From Candidatus Cloacimonadota bacterium (lineage in GTDB: Bacteria > Cloacimonadota > Cloacimonadia > Cloacimonadales > TCS61), in assembly GCA_021157525.1 (NCBI GenBank), contig JAGGWK010000060.1:11293-75292 (forward strand): a DNA stretch of 64,000 bases. Direction: 5' to 3'. Shown in pieces: positions 48,230 to 57,610 of the stretch (its first letter is position 1; each line of letters starts with the position of its first letter). The position numbers and the translations under genes are program-made. Below the pieces are notes generated by a model that saw nothing but the letters and a program-made list of their open reading frames with translations, was not told the origin of the DNA and searched no databases.

Positions 48230-48306
48230 TGGTACGCCAGCGGGGACTCGAACCCCAGACCTACGGATTAGAAATCCGTTGCTCTATCCAGCTGAGCTAC
48301 TGGCGC
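48230..48306 (-). tRNA. tRNA-Arg (anticodon TCT)
   Basis: Hand fold: acceptor GCGCCAG/CTGGCGT, anticodon stem ACGGA/TCCGT with loop TTTCTAA. CCA is encoded. Confidence 0.85.
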
Positions 48307-48315
48307 ATAAAAAAA

Positions 48316-48392
48316 TGGTAGCGGCGCAGGGACTTGAACCCCGGACACTCGGATTATGATTCCGATGCTCTAACCAACTGAGCTACGCCGCC
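48316..48392 (-). tRNA. tRNA with anticodon CAT (elongator Met, or Ile2 if lysidine-modified)
   Basis: Hand fold: acceptor GGCGGCG/CGCCGCT, anticodon stem TCGGA/TCCGA with loop ATCATAA. It lacks the 3 G-C initiator signature. CCA is encoded. Confidence 0.8.
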
Positions 48393-48406
48393 ACTCATTA
48401 AAAAAA

Positions 48407-48483
<77 letters not shown>

Positions 48484-48704
48484 TCAAATTATCATAAAGA
48501 TTCTCTGCAAATTTGCATGCTCAAGATCATGATCAACTATGCATCAAATCTGTTCTCACTACGTTTTAAAGATCCTTTTCCTGACTGTCTTGATCATTCA
48601 AAACATCAGGATGGACATATTTTGAGCTAAGGATTTGGTGTCAAGAAATAGTTTAAAAGAAAATCCTTGACGATTTTTCTGATATCACGAGTACGTATTA
48701 CCCT

Positions 48705-50210
48705 ATGAAAGAAAAAGTATTTAGTGAGCTTATTATTAATGTACACCCGTTTGAAACACGGGTGGCGTTACTAGAAGACAATAAACTCGTTGAGCTGTTT
48801 ACCGAAAAAAAAGAACAGCAGATTGTTGTAGGTAATATCTACAAAGGCATTATCCGGAATGTGCTCCCCGGAATGGGGGCAGCATTTGTGGACATCGGCC
48901 TCGCCCGTACCGCATTTTTACACTTCTCTGACATTGATGGGCAATTCCTTCCCCCCGCCAAACGACGCATGCTGAAATCCCGGGATTCTTCAAAAATCAG
49001 CAGAGTTTTGTCTCCAGGACAGGAAATCCTCGTTCAAGTAAAAAAAGACCCACTGGGCAAAAAGGGCGCACGCATCACTGGAAAAATATCCATCCCTGGA
49101 AAATTCCTGGTTTATATGCCCAGCCAGAACAAGGTTTCTATCTCGAGGAAAATTACATCCAATGCAGAGAAGAACCGCATCCGGGAAATCATTCGAGAAA
49201 TCAAAGATCCGGCGGTTGGCCTTATTGTTCGTACCGATACCGAAGGAATTACCAAAGAGGACTTCATTCAGGAATATAATGGATTGCACAAAACCTGGAA
49301 ATTCGTGGAAAAGCAAAATAAGTATGCAAAAGCACCTTATTGCCTTTTTAATCAGAGTGATTTGTCATTTTCCCTTATCCGAGACCTTTTCAGCACAGAG
49401 ATCGAACACCTTGTGGTTGATGACAAACGGATGAAAAACGAGATTGTCAGCAATCTGAAAACCGTGATGCCTGAACTGATTGATCGGGTAGAATACTACA
49501 ATGAAGAGTCGCCGATATTCGACACCTTTGGCATTGAAAAAGAGCTTCAAATGATTTTCCGATCTCGTATCGGCTTACCAAGCGGTGGTAACATTACCAT
49601 CCAACAAACCGAAGCACTGGTAGCCATAGACGTCAATACCGGCAGTTTTACCGGCAACAGAAATTATGAGGAAACGATATGCCGGACGAATATCGAAGCG
49701 GCAATTGAACTTGCCAGACAAATCCGCTTGAGAGATCTTTGCGGGATTATGGTTGTGGACTTCATAGACATGACAAGCGAAGCAGATCAGGATGAAGTAT
49801 TCAGCGTGTTGAAATACTCGATGAAACGAGACCGCGCGAAGAATAAGATTTTCCCCTTCTCACCATTGGGACTGGTAGAAATTTCCCGTAAACGGACTCG
49901 TCCCAGTCTGTTGCTCTCCTATTCGGAGATGTGCCCATATTGCAACGGTACCGGGCGTTTGCTCTCTCGAGATTCGATGGCAGTGCAGATATCTCGCTGG
50001 CTTCAGCGGGCAAAGTTCTTCATTAAAAACGAACCACTCAAGCTCCGTGCTCATCCCAATGTTATCACGTTTTTGAAAACCAATTCCGAGGTTTTGGAGA
50101 GCACAAGCAACCAGATTACATTCGAGGCATCAGAAGACATGAAGCTTGACGAATTCGTCATCCTGTCTGGGATTACAGGCAAAGAGCTTACCCGTCAATA
50201 TAATGCTTGA
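48705..50210 (+). CDS. rng: ribonuclease G/E family (Rng/CafA-like)
   Basis: It has an N-terminal S1 domain (GNIYKGIIRNVLPGMGAAFVDIG), the catalytic motif AIDVNTG and a zinc-link (CPYCNGTG). Confidence 0.88.
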   Translation: MKEKVFSELIINVHPFETRVALLEDNKLVELFTEKKEQQIVVGNIYKGIIRNVLPGMGAAFVDIGLARTAFLHFSDIDGQFLPPAKRRMLKSRDSSKISRVLSPGQEILVQVKKDPLGKKGARITGKISIPGKFLVYMPSQNKVSISRKITSNAEKNRIREIIREIKDPAVGLIVRTDTEGITKEDFIQEYNGLHKTWKFVEKQNKYAKAPYCLFNQSDLSFSLIRDLFSTEIEHLVVDDKRMKNEIVSNLKTVMPELIDRVEYYNEESPIFDTFGIEKELQMIFRSRIGLPSGGNITIQQTEALVAIDVNTGSFTGNRNYEETICRTNIEAAIELARQIRLRDLCGIMVVDFIDMTSEADQDEVFSVLKYSMKRDRAKNKIFPFSPLGLVEISRKRTRPSLLLSYSEMCPYCNGTGRLLSRDSMAVQISRWLQRAKFFIKNEPLKLRAHPNVITFLKTNSEVLESTSNQITFEASEDMKLDEFVILSGITGKELTRQYNA

Positions 50211-50237
50211 CAATGTAATGGGGTGAAAACTTCTTTG
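50207..50237 (+). promoter_or_regulatory. candidate promoter (TTGACA-N21-TTTG) for rplU-rpmA
   Basis: TTGACA at 50207-50212 overlaps the rng stop, and TTTG lies at 50234-50237, 40 nt upstream of the rplU ATG. Confidence 0.3.
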
Positions 50238-50277
50238 ATTTTTCCAAAAGAATATAGTGATAAATAAGGAGATAGAG

Positions 50278-50592
50278 ATGTACGCGATTGTAGATTTTAA
50301 GGGTACCCAGTTTACCGTTGAAAAAGATATGACGGTAAAAGTGCCTTATATGAAAGAATATGAAATCGGTACCGAGGTGGAACTTGATCGCGTTCTTTTC
50401 GTACAAGATGGTGATGACACAATGATTGGCCGTCCTACAGTGGAGAATGCAAAAGTTGTTGCAGAACTGACAGGCCACTCAAAAGATAAAAAGATCATCG
50501 TCTTCAAGAAAAAACGCAGAAAAGGGTACCAGAAAAAACAGGGCCATCGTCAAAACTGGTCAACGTTAAAAATCAAGGATATCGTTAAATAA
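50278..50592 (+). CDS. rplU: 50S ribosomal protein L21
   Basis: The N-terminus is MYAIVDFKGTQF... and the RBS is AGGAG. I moved the start to ATG 50278. Confidence 0.93.
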   Translation: MYAIVDFKGTQFTVEKDMTVKVPYMKEYEIGTEVELDRVLFVQDGDDTMIGRPTVENAKVVAELTGHSKDKKIIVFKKKRRKGYQKKQGHRQNWSTLKIKDIVK

Positions 50593-50607
50593 CACGGGAG
50601 GATTTCC

Positions 50608-50871
50608 ATGGCACATAAGAAAGGTGTTGGTAGTAGTAAAAACGGTCGGGACAGTAATCCTCAATATTTAGGCGTGAAAAAATATGGTGGTCAGTTTGTT
50701 CTGGCTGGAAATATCATTGTTCGTCAACGGGGAACCAAGTTTCACAAAGGCGAAAATGTTGGATTAGGCAAAGATTATACGCTTTTTAGTCTGGTAGATG
50801 GTTATGTCAAATTCGAAACCAAAAAAGCCGGGAGAAAATTTGTAAGCGTGCATCCGGAAAAAGCCAACTAG
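50608..50871 (+). CDS. rpmA: 50S ribosomal protein L27
   Basis: The sequence begins [24 protein letters not shown]...[13 protein letters not shown]. Confidence 0.95.
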   Translation: MAHKKGVGSSKNGRDSNPQYLGVKKYGGQFVLAGNIIVRQRGTKFHKGENVGLGKDYTLFSLVDGYVKFETKKAGRKFVSVHPEKAN

Positions 50872-50896
50872 ATACGCGATCCCGTCGGATTTTTTA

Positions 50897-50919
50897 AGCA
50901 GCCAGCAGGCTGCTTTTTT
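50897..50919 (+). terminator. rho-independent terminator after rpmA
   Basis: The hairpin is AGCAGCC-AGCA-GGCTGCT, followed by T6. Confidence 0.85.
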
Positions 50920-51007
50920 ATTTTCATTTTTTTTTACTTTGCACTTGACCTCTTACCCTCACCTTAACAATCTATGCGTCATATTTAAATTATCTATGGG
51001 AGGAGAG

Positions 51008-52669
51008 ATGGCTTTAATGACCATGAAAGAGATGTATAGTCGCGTAGATTCAGCAATTACGCAACATCAGGATGTAAAGAATAACATACCCCGTACTGAA
51101 ATGATACGTGATGCTGTGGCTAATGGAGAAGCTCTGCCGGCGGCAAATGGTGCCCTCGCTACCTGGACACCTCCAGAATCTACCGGACGGAGCCCAAAAG
51201 ATACAATCACCGTAAAACACCCGGACTCATACCACAATATCGACTGGGATTCACCTAATAATTTGCCCCTGGAACCTTCTACCTTTGATATGCTGTTTGA
51301 AGACGCCCTGACCCTGATCAATAACAAAAAGACCCTTTACATCACAGACAGAGTGGTGGGAGCCGATTCCTCCTATGCCCTGCCTACTCGCGTCATTACC
51401 GATTGCGCACTCACCGCACTTTTCACAGATAATATGTTCCGTCCCGTACCCGAAGATATCGAAAGCAGCTGCTTCGCAGATAAACCTTTCACACTGATGG
51501 TTTTCCCCTATAATAAACTTCAGCGGGACCGCTACAAAGGCCTTCTGCGCACCATGCCAGATGGTCAAACATCCAACATGGCTGTTGCAATGGACTTCGA
51601 TCGCCGCATGGGTATTATCATCGGCTCCGCCTATGGTGGTAGCGTGAAAAAACTGATGTTCACCGTTATGAACTACTATCTGCCATTGATAGGCATCCTT
51701 CCTTTGCACTGTTCGGCAAATGAAGGCAAAGACGGCGACTCTGCTCTGCTTCTGGGCTTATCGGGAACCGGGAAAACCACTCTCTCTGCAGATCCAAATC
51801 GCGCCCTGCTGGGTGACGATGAGCATGGCTGGAGCAACGAAGGTATCGCCAACTTTGAAAACGGCTGCTATGCCAAACTGATCAACCTCAGTGTCCAAAA
51901 AGAACCGGAAATTTACAAAGCCGTCTTCCACGATGATGACTACCTCAAACATGGTTCCATCATAGAAAACTGCATGATGTACCCCAACGGACATTTTGAT
52001 CTGGATGATGAACGCCTGACACCAAATTCCCGTGGCTCATACCCCCTTACCTTCCTCAGCAATATCAAGCCATCATCAAAATCGGGACATCCCACGACCA
52101 TCCTCTTCCTCACTGCAGATGCAAATGCGGTAGTGCCTCCGGTATCCAAACTCACCGCACCCCAGGCAATGTTGTGGTTCCTCATGGGCTACACCAGTAA
52201 ATTGGCTGGCACCGAAACCGGCATCGTAGAGCCGGTATCAACCTTCTCGCGCTTCTTTGGTCAGCCTTTTATGCCCTGCAATCCAAACAGATATGCCACG
52301 ATGCTGGGAGAGAAAATGAAGGAACACGGCACCAACGTCTATCTGGTAAATACCGGATGGAGCGGAGGCCCCTACGGCGTGGGCTCACGTATGGATATCA
52401 ACCTTACTCGCAGCCTGGTAAATGCCGCCCTTACCGGAGAACTGGAAAAAGTAGATTACCGCGAGGATACGCTGTTGCACATCATGGTACCTACCTCCTG
52501 CCCAGGAGTGGATGCCACTATCCTGAACCCCAGAAACACCTGGGAAGACAAAGCTGCTTTTGATGCTCGCGCACAAAAACTGGCTCAAGACTTCAGTGAT
52601 TATTTCGACAAAGCCTACGGCAATAAAGAGCTGGATCCCGCTATTGTAGCTCAATGCCCGGGAAAATAG
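51008..52669 (+). CDS. pckA: phosphoenolpyruvate carboxykinase (ATP)
   Basis: It has the kinase-1a P-loop GLSGTGKTTLS and LLGDDEHGW. I moved the start to ATG 51008 (GGAGGAGAG RBS). Confidence 0.92.
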   Translation: MALMTMKEMYSRVDSAITQHQDVKNNIPRTEMIRDAVANGEALPAANGALATWTPPESTGRSPKDTITVKHPDSYHNIDWDSPNNLPLEPSTFDMLFEDALTLINNKKTLYITDRVVGADSSYALPTRVITDCALTALFTDNMFRPVPEDIESSCFADKPFTLMVFPYNKLQRDRYKGLLRTMPDGQTSNMAVAMDFDRRMGIIIGSAYGGSVKKLMFTVMNYYLPLIGILPLHCSANEGKDGDSALLLGLSGTGKTTLSADPNRALLGDDEHGWSNEGIANFENGCYAKLINLSVQKEPEIYKAVFHDDDYLKHGSIIENCMMYPNGHFDLDDERLTPNSRGSYPLTFLSNIKPSSKSGHPTTILFLTADANAVVPPVSKLTAPQAMLWFLMGYTSKLAGTETGIVEPVSTFSRFFGQPFMPCNPNRYATMLGEKMKEHGTNVYLVNTGWSGGPYGVGSRMDINLTRSLVNAALTGELEKVDYREDTLLHIMVPTSCPGVDATILNPRNTWEDKAAFDARAQKLAQDFSDYFDKAYGNKELDPAIVAQCPGK

Positions 52670-52683
52670 GCAATACATCTATG

Positions 52684-52893
52684 AAAAAGGCCATCCCACA
52701 ACCGAAAAGCTGAGACCTCTACTCTCCATTCCTCAACGGAAGGTCGCCGTGCAAGTCCACTACGGTCCCGGCTTCTACGGCTAAAGCCGATACGCCGCGA
52801 CACAGCGGGGTGACAGCGACTTAGAAGTGGCGGCTTAAAACGGAAATTTGAATTTCTGCTTTTTTGCTTCTCTCTCGGTTATAGGATGGCTCC
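52684..52893 (-). ncRNA. unclassified structured RNA-like element, copy 2 (paralog of 37082-37301)
   Basis: A closing helix pairs 52689-52704 with 52876-52891. It has the same invariant blocks (52710-52729, 52810-52822), and its hairpins covary with copy 1. A T5 run follows on the minus strand. It lies between pckA and marR. Confidence 0.6.
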
Positions 52894-53073
52894 TTTTTCT
52901 CTATGCTGAAATTCAATCCCATCTTCACTCCTTCTGGGTATCTGAAAAGCAGTAAATTTATGCGTAATCTTCCCCTAAAACGGTGTAATGACACCGGGCA
53001 GAAGACATTTTCTTTGACACAGCATCCCACCCTTCAAAGTGTTGCGCATGCAACAAAAAGGTGAGGGATAACA

Positions 53074-53517
53074 ATGTGGAGAGACAAAGCTGTAGCCTAC
53101 TGGATAAATCTGATTTCTCAGACATCCAGGACCCATATCGATCGGGAACTTGCTCCCCTTAAACTCAGCTCGGGAGCCTGCAATATCCTGATGGTGCTGT
53201 TTCGCCAAAATGGCATGTCTCAGCGGGATCTCTGCCGGATACTGCTGGTGCACAAGGCAAACATCACCAGGGCATTGCAGAAGCTTGAAAAGCAGGGATT
53301 TGTTCGCCGCAAACCAGACCCCTCCGACAGTCGCACCTACCGCATTTACCTTACGAACAAAGCCCATGACCAGCGAAGCAACATCAAGGAGCAACTCAGG
53401 GCCTGGGATATCCATCTGCGGGAATCACTACTGCCCCGGGAACAGGAAGAATTACTTCGATTACTCCGCAAGATTGCCAAATATCTGCATCCATCCAAAG
53501 CCGGTGACGCCTTATGA
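53074..53517 (+). CDS. MarR family transcriptional regulator
   Basis: It has a winged HTH (MSQRDLCRILLVHKANITRALQKLEKQGFVRRKPDPSDSRTYRIYLT) and a GAGGGA RBS. Confidence 0.88.
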   Translation: MWRDKAVAYWINLISQTSRTHIDRELAPLKLSSGACNILMVLFRQNGMSQRDLCRILLVHKANITRALQKLEKQGFVRRKPDPSDSRTYRIYLTNKAHDQRSNIKEQLRAWDIHLRESLLPREQEELLRLLRKIAKYLHPSKAGDAL

Positions 53518-54857
53518 GCCAAAAGCCCATACTGGCAGATACCAATATTCCCCGGCTTCTGATTAAACTCTCGGCTCCGGCCACGGTAGGGATGGCTGTG
53601 ATGGCCCTTTACAACGTGGTTGATACAATTTTCGTCAGTCGCGGCATAGGCTCTCTGGCCATCGCTGGCATTGCCATTGTGTTTCCTATTCACCTCATGA
53701 TGCTGGCTCTTGGTCAGCTTATAGGGATGGGAACCGCATCGCTGATTTCCCGCAGTTTAGGAGCCGGAGATACGCAAAAAGCCCACTACGCTTTCGGCAA
53801 TGCCATGGTGTGCATCGGAATCATTGGTGCCATCATCACCGCACTGAGCTATATTTTTATGGATAATCTACTGGTACTCTTTGGCGCTACCGAAGCCATC
53901 CTGCCTTACGCCCGCCAATACCTGGGCATCATTGTGGGAAACACCACCGGTTTCATGTTTATCATCACCAGCAACAACATCATCCGCTCCGAAGGCCACG
54001 CCCGCACAGCCATGAAACTTATGATGAATTCCGCCATCATCAACATCATCTTGGACCCTATTTTCATCTTCGGCTTTCATCTGGGCATCCAGGGAGCCGC
54101 CATCGCCACTGTTATCGCCCAACTCACCACGGCCGTGAGAGCCATCATCTTTTTCCAGTCAGGCGTGAGCATCCTGCACATCAAGCTCCGTTATTTCAGG
54201 ATGCAGTGGCGTATCATCAGCGAAGTAATGGCAGTGGGGAGCTCGTCCTTTATCCGCCAGATCGCCGGCAGCATCGTAGTGATAGCGATAAACAAAGCTC
54301 TGGCCTGTTATGGAGATGACCTCTACATCGCAGCCTACGGCGTAATCAATCGACTGATGAGCTTTGCCATCATGCCAATTTCCGGTATTGCTCAGGGGAT
54401 GCAGCCTATCATCGGCTTCAACTATGGTGCTGGCCGTAACGAGCTGGTGAAGAAAACCATTCGCCTGGCAATGATGCTTGCAACTCTTTTTTCCTGCGTG
54501 AGTTTTGTTGTGTTCTACTTTTTCCCGCAACTGCTGTTCCGCATCTTTACCGATGATCAACAACTCATCGCCCGGGGTATTCCCTCCATCAAGCTTCTCA
54601 TTTTGGCAGGACCGATTATCGGGTTTCATATTATCGGGACGGTGGTATTTCAGTCCCTGGGAAAAGCCTTCCCCTCCCTGATGCTCTCACTGTCGCGACA
54701 GATTATCTTTCTCATTCCCATATTGCTGCTGTTGCCCCGAGCTATCGGGATGCCGGGGGTATGGCTTGCCTTTCCTCTGTCGGATTTTTTGGCAGCCATC
54801 GTTACCCTTATTCTCATTATCCCACTCTTCCGGCATCAATTGAACAGCGGGGAATAG
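53514..54857 (+). CDS. MATE family efflux transporter
   Basis: It has 12 TMs and the typical N-terminus (RLLIKLSAPATVGMAVMALYNVVDTIFVSR). It has an ATGA overlap with marR. Confidence 0.88.
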   Translation: MSQKPILADTNIPRLLIKLSAPATVGMAVMALYNVVDTIFVSRGIGSLAIAGIAIVFPIHLMMLALGQLIGMGTASLISRSLGAGDTQKAHYAFGNAMVCIGIIGAIITALSYIFMDNLLVLFGATEAILPYARQYLGIIVGNTTGFMFIITSNNIIRSEGHARTAMKLMMNSAIINIILDPIFIFGFHLGIQGAAIATVIAQLTTAVRAIIFFQSGVSILHIKLRYFRMQWRIISEVMAVGSSSFIRQIAGSIVVIAINKALACYGDDLYIAAYGVINRLMSFAIMPISGIAQGMQPIIGFNYGAGRNELVKKTIRLAMMLATLFSCVSFVVFYFFPQLLFRIFTDDQQLIARGIPSIKLLILAGPIIGFHIIGTVVFQSLGKAFPSLMLSLSRQIIFLIPILLLLPRAIGMPGVWLAFPLSDFLAAIVTLILIIPLFRHQLNSGE

Positions 54858-54965
54858 GCTGATGAGAAACTACAGGCTTATTGCATCCATAAAGAAAATA
54901 ACTTGTCAGAACAGAGCACAGATTCCAGTTAGGCTAAATAGTATGGGTAATAAGGAATCAGAGAT

Positions 54966-55838
54966 ATGACGAATTATATATTGGCAATGGTTCTTGGAAT
55001 CATTGGTACCGTCACGATACATCTGGCAAAATGCTTTCAGCGGCAGGGCATACATACTTTCCATCAGTCGTTGAAAAACCTCTCAAACGGCAAAAAACCA
55101 CATCGTTCTAAGACCTATATGATGGGCGTAATCTTGGCAAACAGTGCTTTTTTCTTTGTCATCATCGCAAACCGATTAGCCCCGCCGTCGTACTACACAT
55201 CGATGTTTGGCTTTGGCCTTGTAGTCCTGATGGTTTACTCCGACAAGGTTTTGAAAGAGCCCATACGCACCCGGGAATATATTGGCACTGCCATCCTTGT
55301 GGTGGGCACTGTCGCCCTGGGAGTGGAGAACATCCGCAATCCATTAGAAGACTTTTCGATAATTAACTATCACCTAGTATGGATAACACTGGGGATTTTT
55401 CTCCTCATCAGTGGGCCACTGTTGATTTTTAGTCTGAAAAAAGACAATCACATTCTCATCGGAGTCATTTTTGGTCTCATCACCGGTGCCACCGCCAGCA
55501 TGGATCCTTTCTTCAAGGGCATTGGCCAGCATCTGGGGGGTACCCCCGGTTTCATACCATCGGTACCCATTGGCTGGTTCTATTTCATCATCAGCTTCGC
55601 CTTTTCCACCACCCAATTTCTTCTCACGCAACTGGGATTTCTGCGCCGCGCCCACGCCTCAGTGCTGGTTCCCATTCACAACACCGCCTACATCATATTT
55701 CCCATCCTCATCCAGCAGGTAGCTGTACCAAACTACTCTATCACTATGCTTACCGGGGTGGGACTCGGTCTCATCATCTTTGGTGCTTCACTGCTGCATC
55801 CTTTGAACAAACAGAAATTCTCTCTGGATTTGATGTAA
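54966..55838 (+). CDS. polytopic membrane protein, NIPA-like / DMT superfamily
   Basis: It has about nine TMs. The segment LAPPSYYTSMFGFGLVVLMVYSDKVLKEPIRTREYIGTAILVVGT resembles the NIPA/EamA core. Confidence 0.5.
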   Translation: MTNYILAMVLGIIGTVTIHLAKCFQRQGIHTFHQSLKNLSNGKKPHRSKTYMMGVILANSAFFFVIIANRLAPPSYYTSMFGFGLVVLMVYSDKVLKEPIRTREYIGTAILVVGTVALGVENIRNPLEDFSIINYHLVWITLGIFLLISGPLLIFSLKKDNHILIGVIFGLITGATASMDPFFKGIGQHLGGTPGFIPSVPIGWFYFIISFAFSTTQFLLTQLGFLRRAHASVLVPIHNTAYIIFPILIQQVAVPNYSITMLTGVGLGLIIFGASLLHPLNKQKFSLDLM

Positions 55839-55904
55839 CAAACCAGTTGCTGACAATCCCTGAAAAGATAGTTTATTTACATTAGGAAATACACAGGAGG
55901 AATT

Positions 55905-56651
55905 ATGGATCCATTATTACTGAGAGTACTTATCGGCGTTGCCGTCATCTTTGTCCTTAGCGCATTGCGCATCGTGCGAGAATACGAGCGTGGTGTGATT
56001 TTCCGTTTAGGCAGATTGCTCAAAGCAAAAGGCCCCGGCCTTATTATCGTTATTCCCATCATCGATAAAATGGTGAAAGTAGAGCTCCGTACCGTTACTC
56101 TGGACGTTCCTCCTCAGGATATCATCACCCGTGATAACGTGCCGGTGAAGGTAAATGCGGTGGTGTACTTTAAAGTGGTAAATCCCGAAGACGCCATCGT
56201 GAAGGTGAAAAATTACTACCATGCCACCTCTCAGATTGCCCAGACGACGCTGCGTAATATCTTGGGAAAATCCGATCTGGACGAGCTCTTATCAAATCGC
56301 GACAAAATCAGCCATGACCTGCAAAAAATCATTGATGAGCAGACCGATCCCTGGGGCATAAAGGTGAGCATCGTAGAAGTTAAGGATGTGGAACTCCCCC
56401 AATCCATGCAGCGGGCTATGGCCAAACAGGCTGAAGCAGAGCGGGAACGCCGCGCCAAAATCATTCATGCCGAAGGCGAATTCCAGGCATCAACCAAACT
56501 TTCCGATGCTGCCGGCATACTGGCGAAAAACGAAGCCGCCATCCAGTTGCGCTTCTTACAAACCCTCACCGAAATCTCCGCTGAGAAAAATTCCACCATC
56601 ATCTTCCCCGTGCCGATAAACCTCTTAAATTCATTTATAAAAAAGGATTAG
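55905..56651 (+). CDS. SPFH/band-7 (stomatin-like) protein
   Basis: It has an N-terminal TM, then [15 protein letters not shown]...TRDNV.V.V.AVVYF and a coiled [11 protein letters not shown] segment. The RBS is AGGAGG. Confidence 0.9.
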   Translation: MDPLLLRVLIGVAVIFVLSALRIVREYERGVIFRLGRLLKAKGPGLIIVIPIIDKMVKVELRTVTLDVPPQDIITRDNVPVKVNAVVYFKVVNPEDAIVKVKNYYHATSQIAQTTLRNILGKSDLDELLSNRDKISHDLQKIIDEQTDPWGIKVSIVEVKDVELPQSMQRAMAKQAEAERERRAKIIHAEGEFQASTKLSDAAGILAKNEAAIQLRFLQTLTEISAEKNSTIIFPVPINLLNSFIKKD

Positions 56652-56653
56652 CC

Positions 56654-57610
56654 ATGCATAAACTCCCTCTCTTGCTCGTTGCAGTTTTGCTGGTTCTGGC
56701 AGGATGCGCATCCCAAAAAGCCACCTCCGCCCCATCTCTGCCTATCTTCGATCTTCAGTGGGATTACCAGCATCCCGACTCCACCGAAACACACTTTACC
56801 GCCATCCTGCGGCAGGCGGAAAATCGCCATCTGGCCACATACAATCCCTCGTATCACGCCCAATTACTCACCCAGATCGCTCGCGCCCAGGGGCTCCAAG
56901 GCAAATTTGCCGAAGCACAAACATCCCTGGATGCAGCCGCCAAAATCATCACCGATGAGATGCCATCAGCCCACATCCGCTATCTGCTGGAACAGGGCCG
57001 CATCGATAATGCATCCGGCAAAAAAGAAGAAGCCAAAGCACTTTTTATGGATGCCTGGGAGTTTGGACGTGACAAAAATCTGGAACTTTACGCCCTGGAT
57101 GCTGTGCACATGCTGGGTATTGTGGATGTTCCGGAGAAACAGCTGGAATGGAATCTCAAAGCCCTTCAAATAGCTGAAGATTCTTGGGATAAACGCTGCA
57201 AAGCCTGGCTGGGCGCACTCTATAACAACATCGGCTGGAGCTATTATGACATGGGAAACTACCAGACAGCTCTGGAGTATTTTGAAAAAGGACTGGCCTG
57301 GCGGCAGAAAAAAAATGATGCCTATGGCACTCGCATCGCCAAATGGGCGGTTGCCCGAACACATCGGTCGTTGGGTCATACGGACATTGCCCTGAAGATG
57401 CAGTTGGAGCTGCTGGATGAGATTTCCCGGCTCAATCTACCGCCAGACGGCTATGTACACGAAGAATTGGGAGAGCTGTATCTGCTCAAAGGCGATGCGG
57501 ATGCGGCAAAACAACAGTTCGCCGCAGCCTGGAAAATACTCTCTGCTGACTCATGGCTGCAACAGAATGAACCAGCACGACTACAACGATTGAAGGAGCT
57601 GAGTAATTAA
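56654..57610 (+). CDS. TPR-repeat lipoprotein
   Basis: It has the lipobox LLVLAG|C and TPR-like repeats (YNNIGWSYYDMGNYQTALEYFEKGL). Confidence 0.7.
   Translation: MHKLPLLLVAVLLVLAGCASQKATSAPSLPIFDLQWDYQHPDSTETHFTAILRQAENRHLATYNPSYHAQLLTQIARAQGLQGKFAEAQTSLDAAAKIITDEMPSAHIRYLLEQGRIDNASGKKEEAKALFMDAWEFGRDKNLELYALDAVHMLGIVDVPEKQLEWNLKALQIAEDSWDKRCKAWLGALYNNIGWSYYDMGNYQTALEYFEKGLAWRQKKNDAYGTRIAKWAVARTHRSLGHTDIALKMQLELLDEISRLNLPPDGYVHEELGELYLLKGDADAAKQQFAAAWKILSADSWLQQNEPARLQRLKELSN

Noticed and set aside
52821-53415. Minus-strand ORFs 52821-53030 (69 aa) and 52975-53415 (146 aa), which would give the structured element an upstream coding partner.
   Set aside because: The first overlaps the element itself and has no RBS. 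The second is antisense to the well-supported marR gene. Both are likely spurious.
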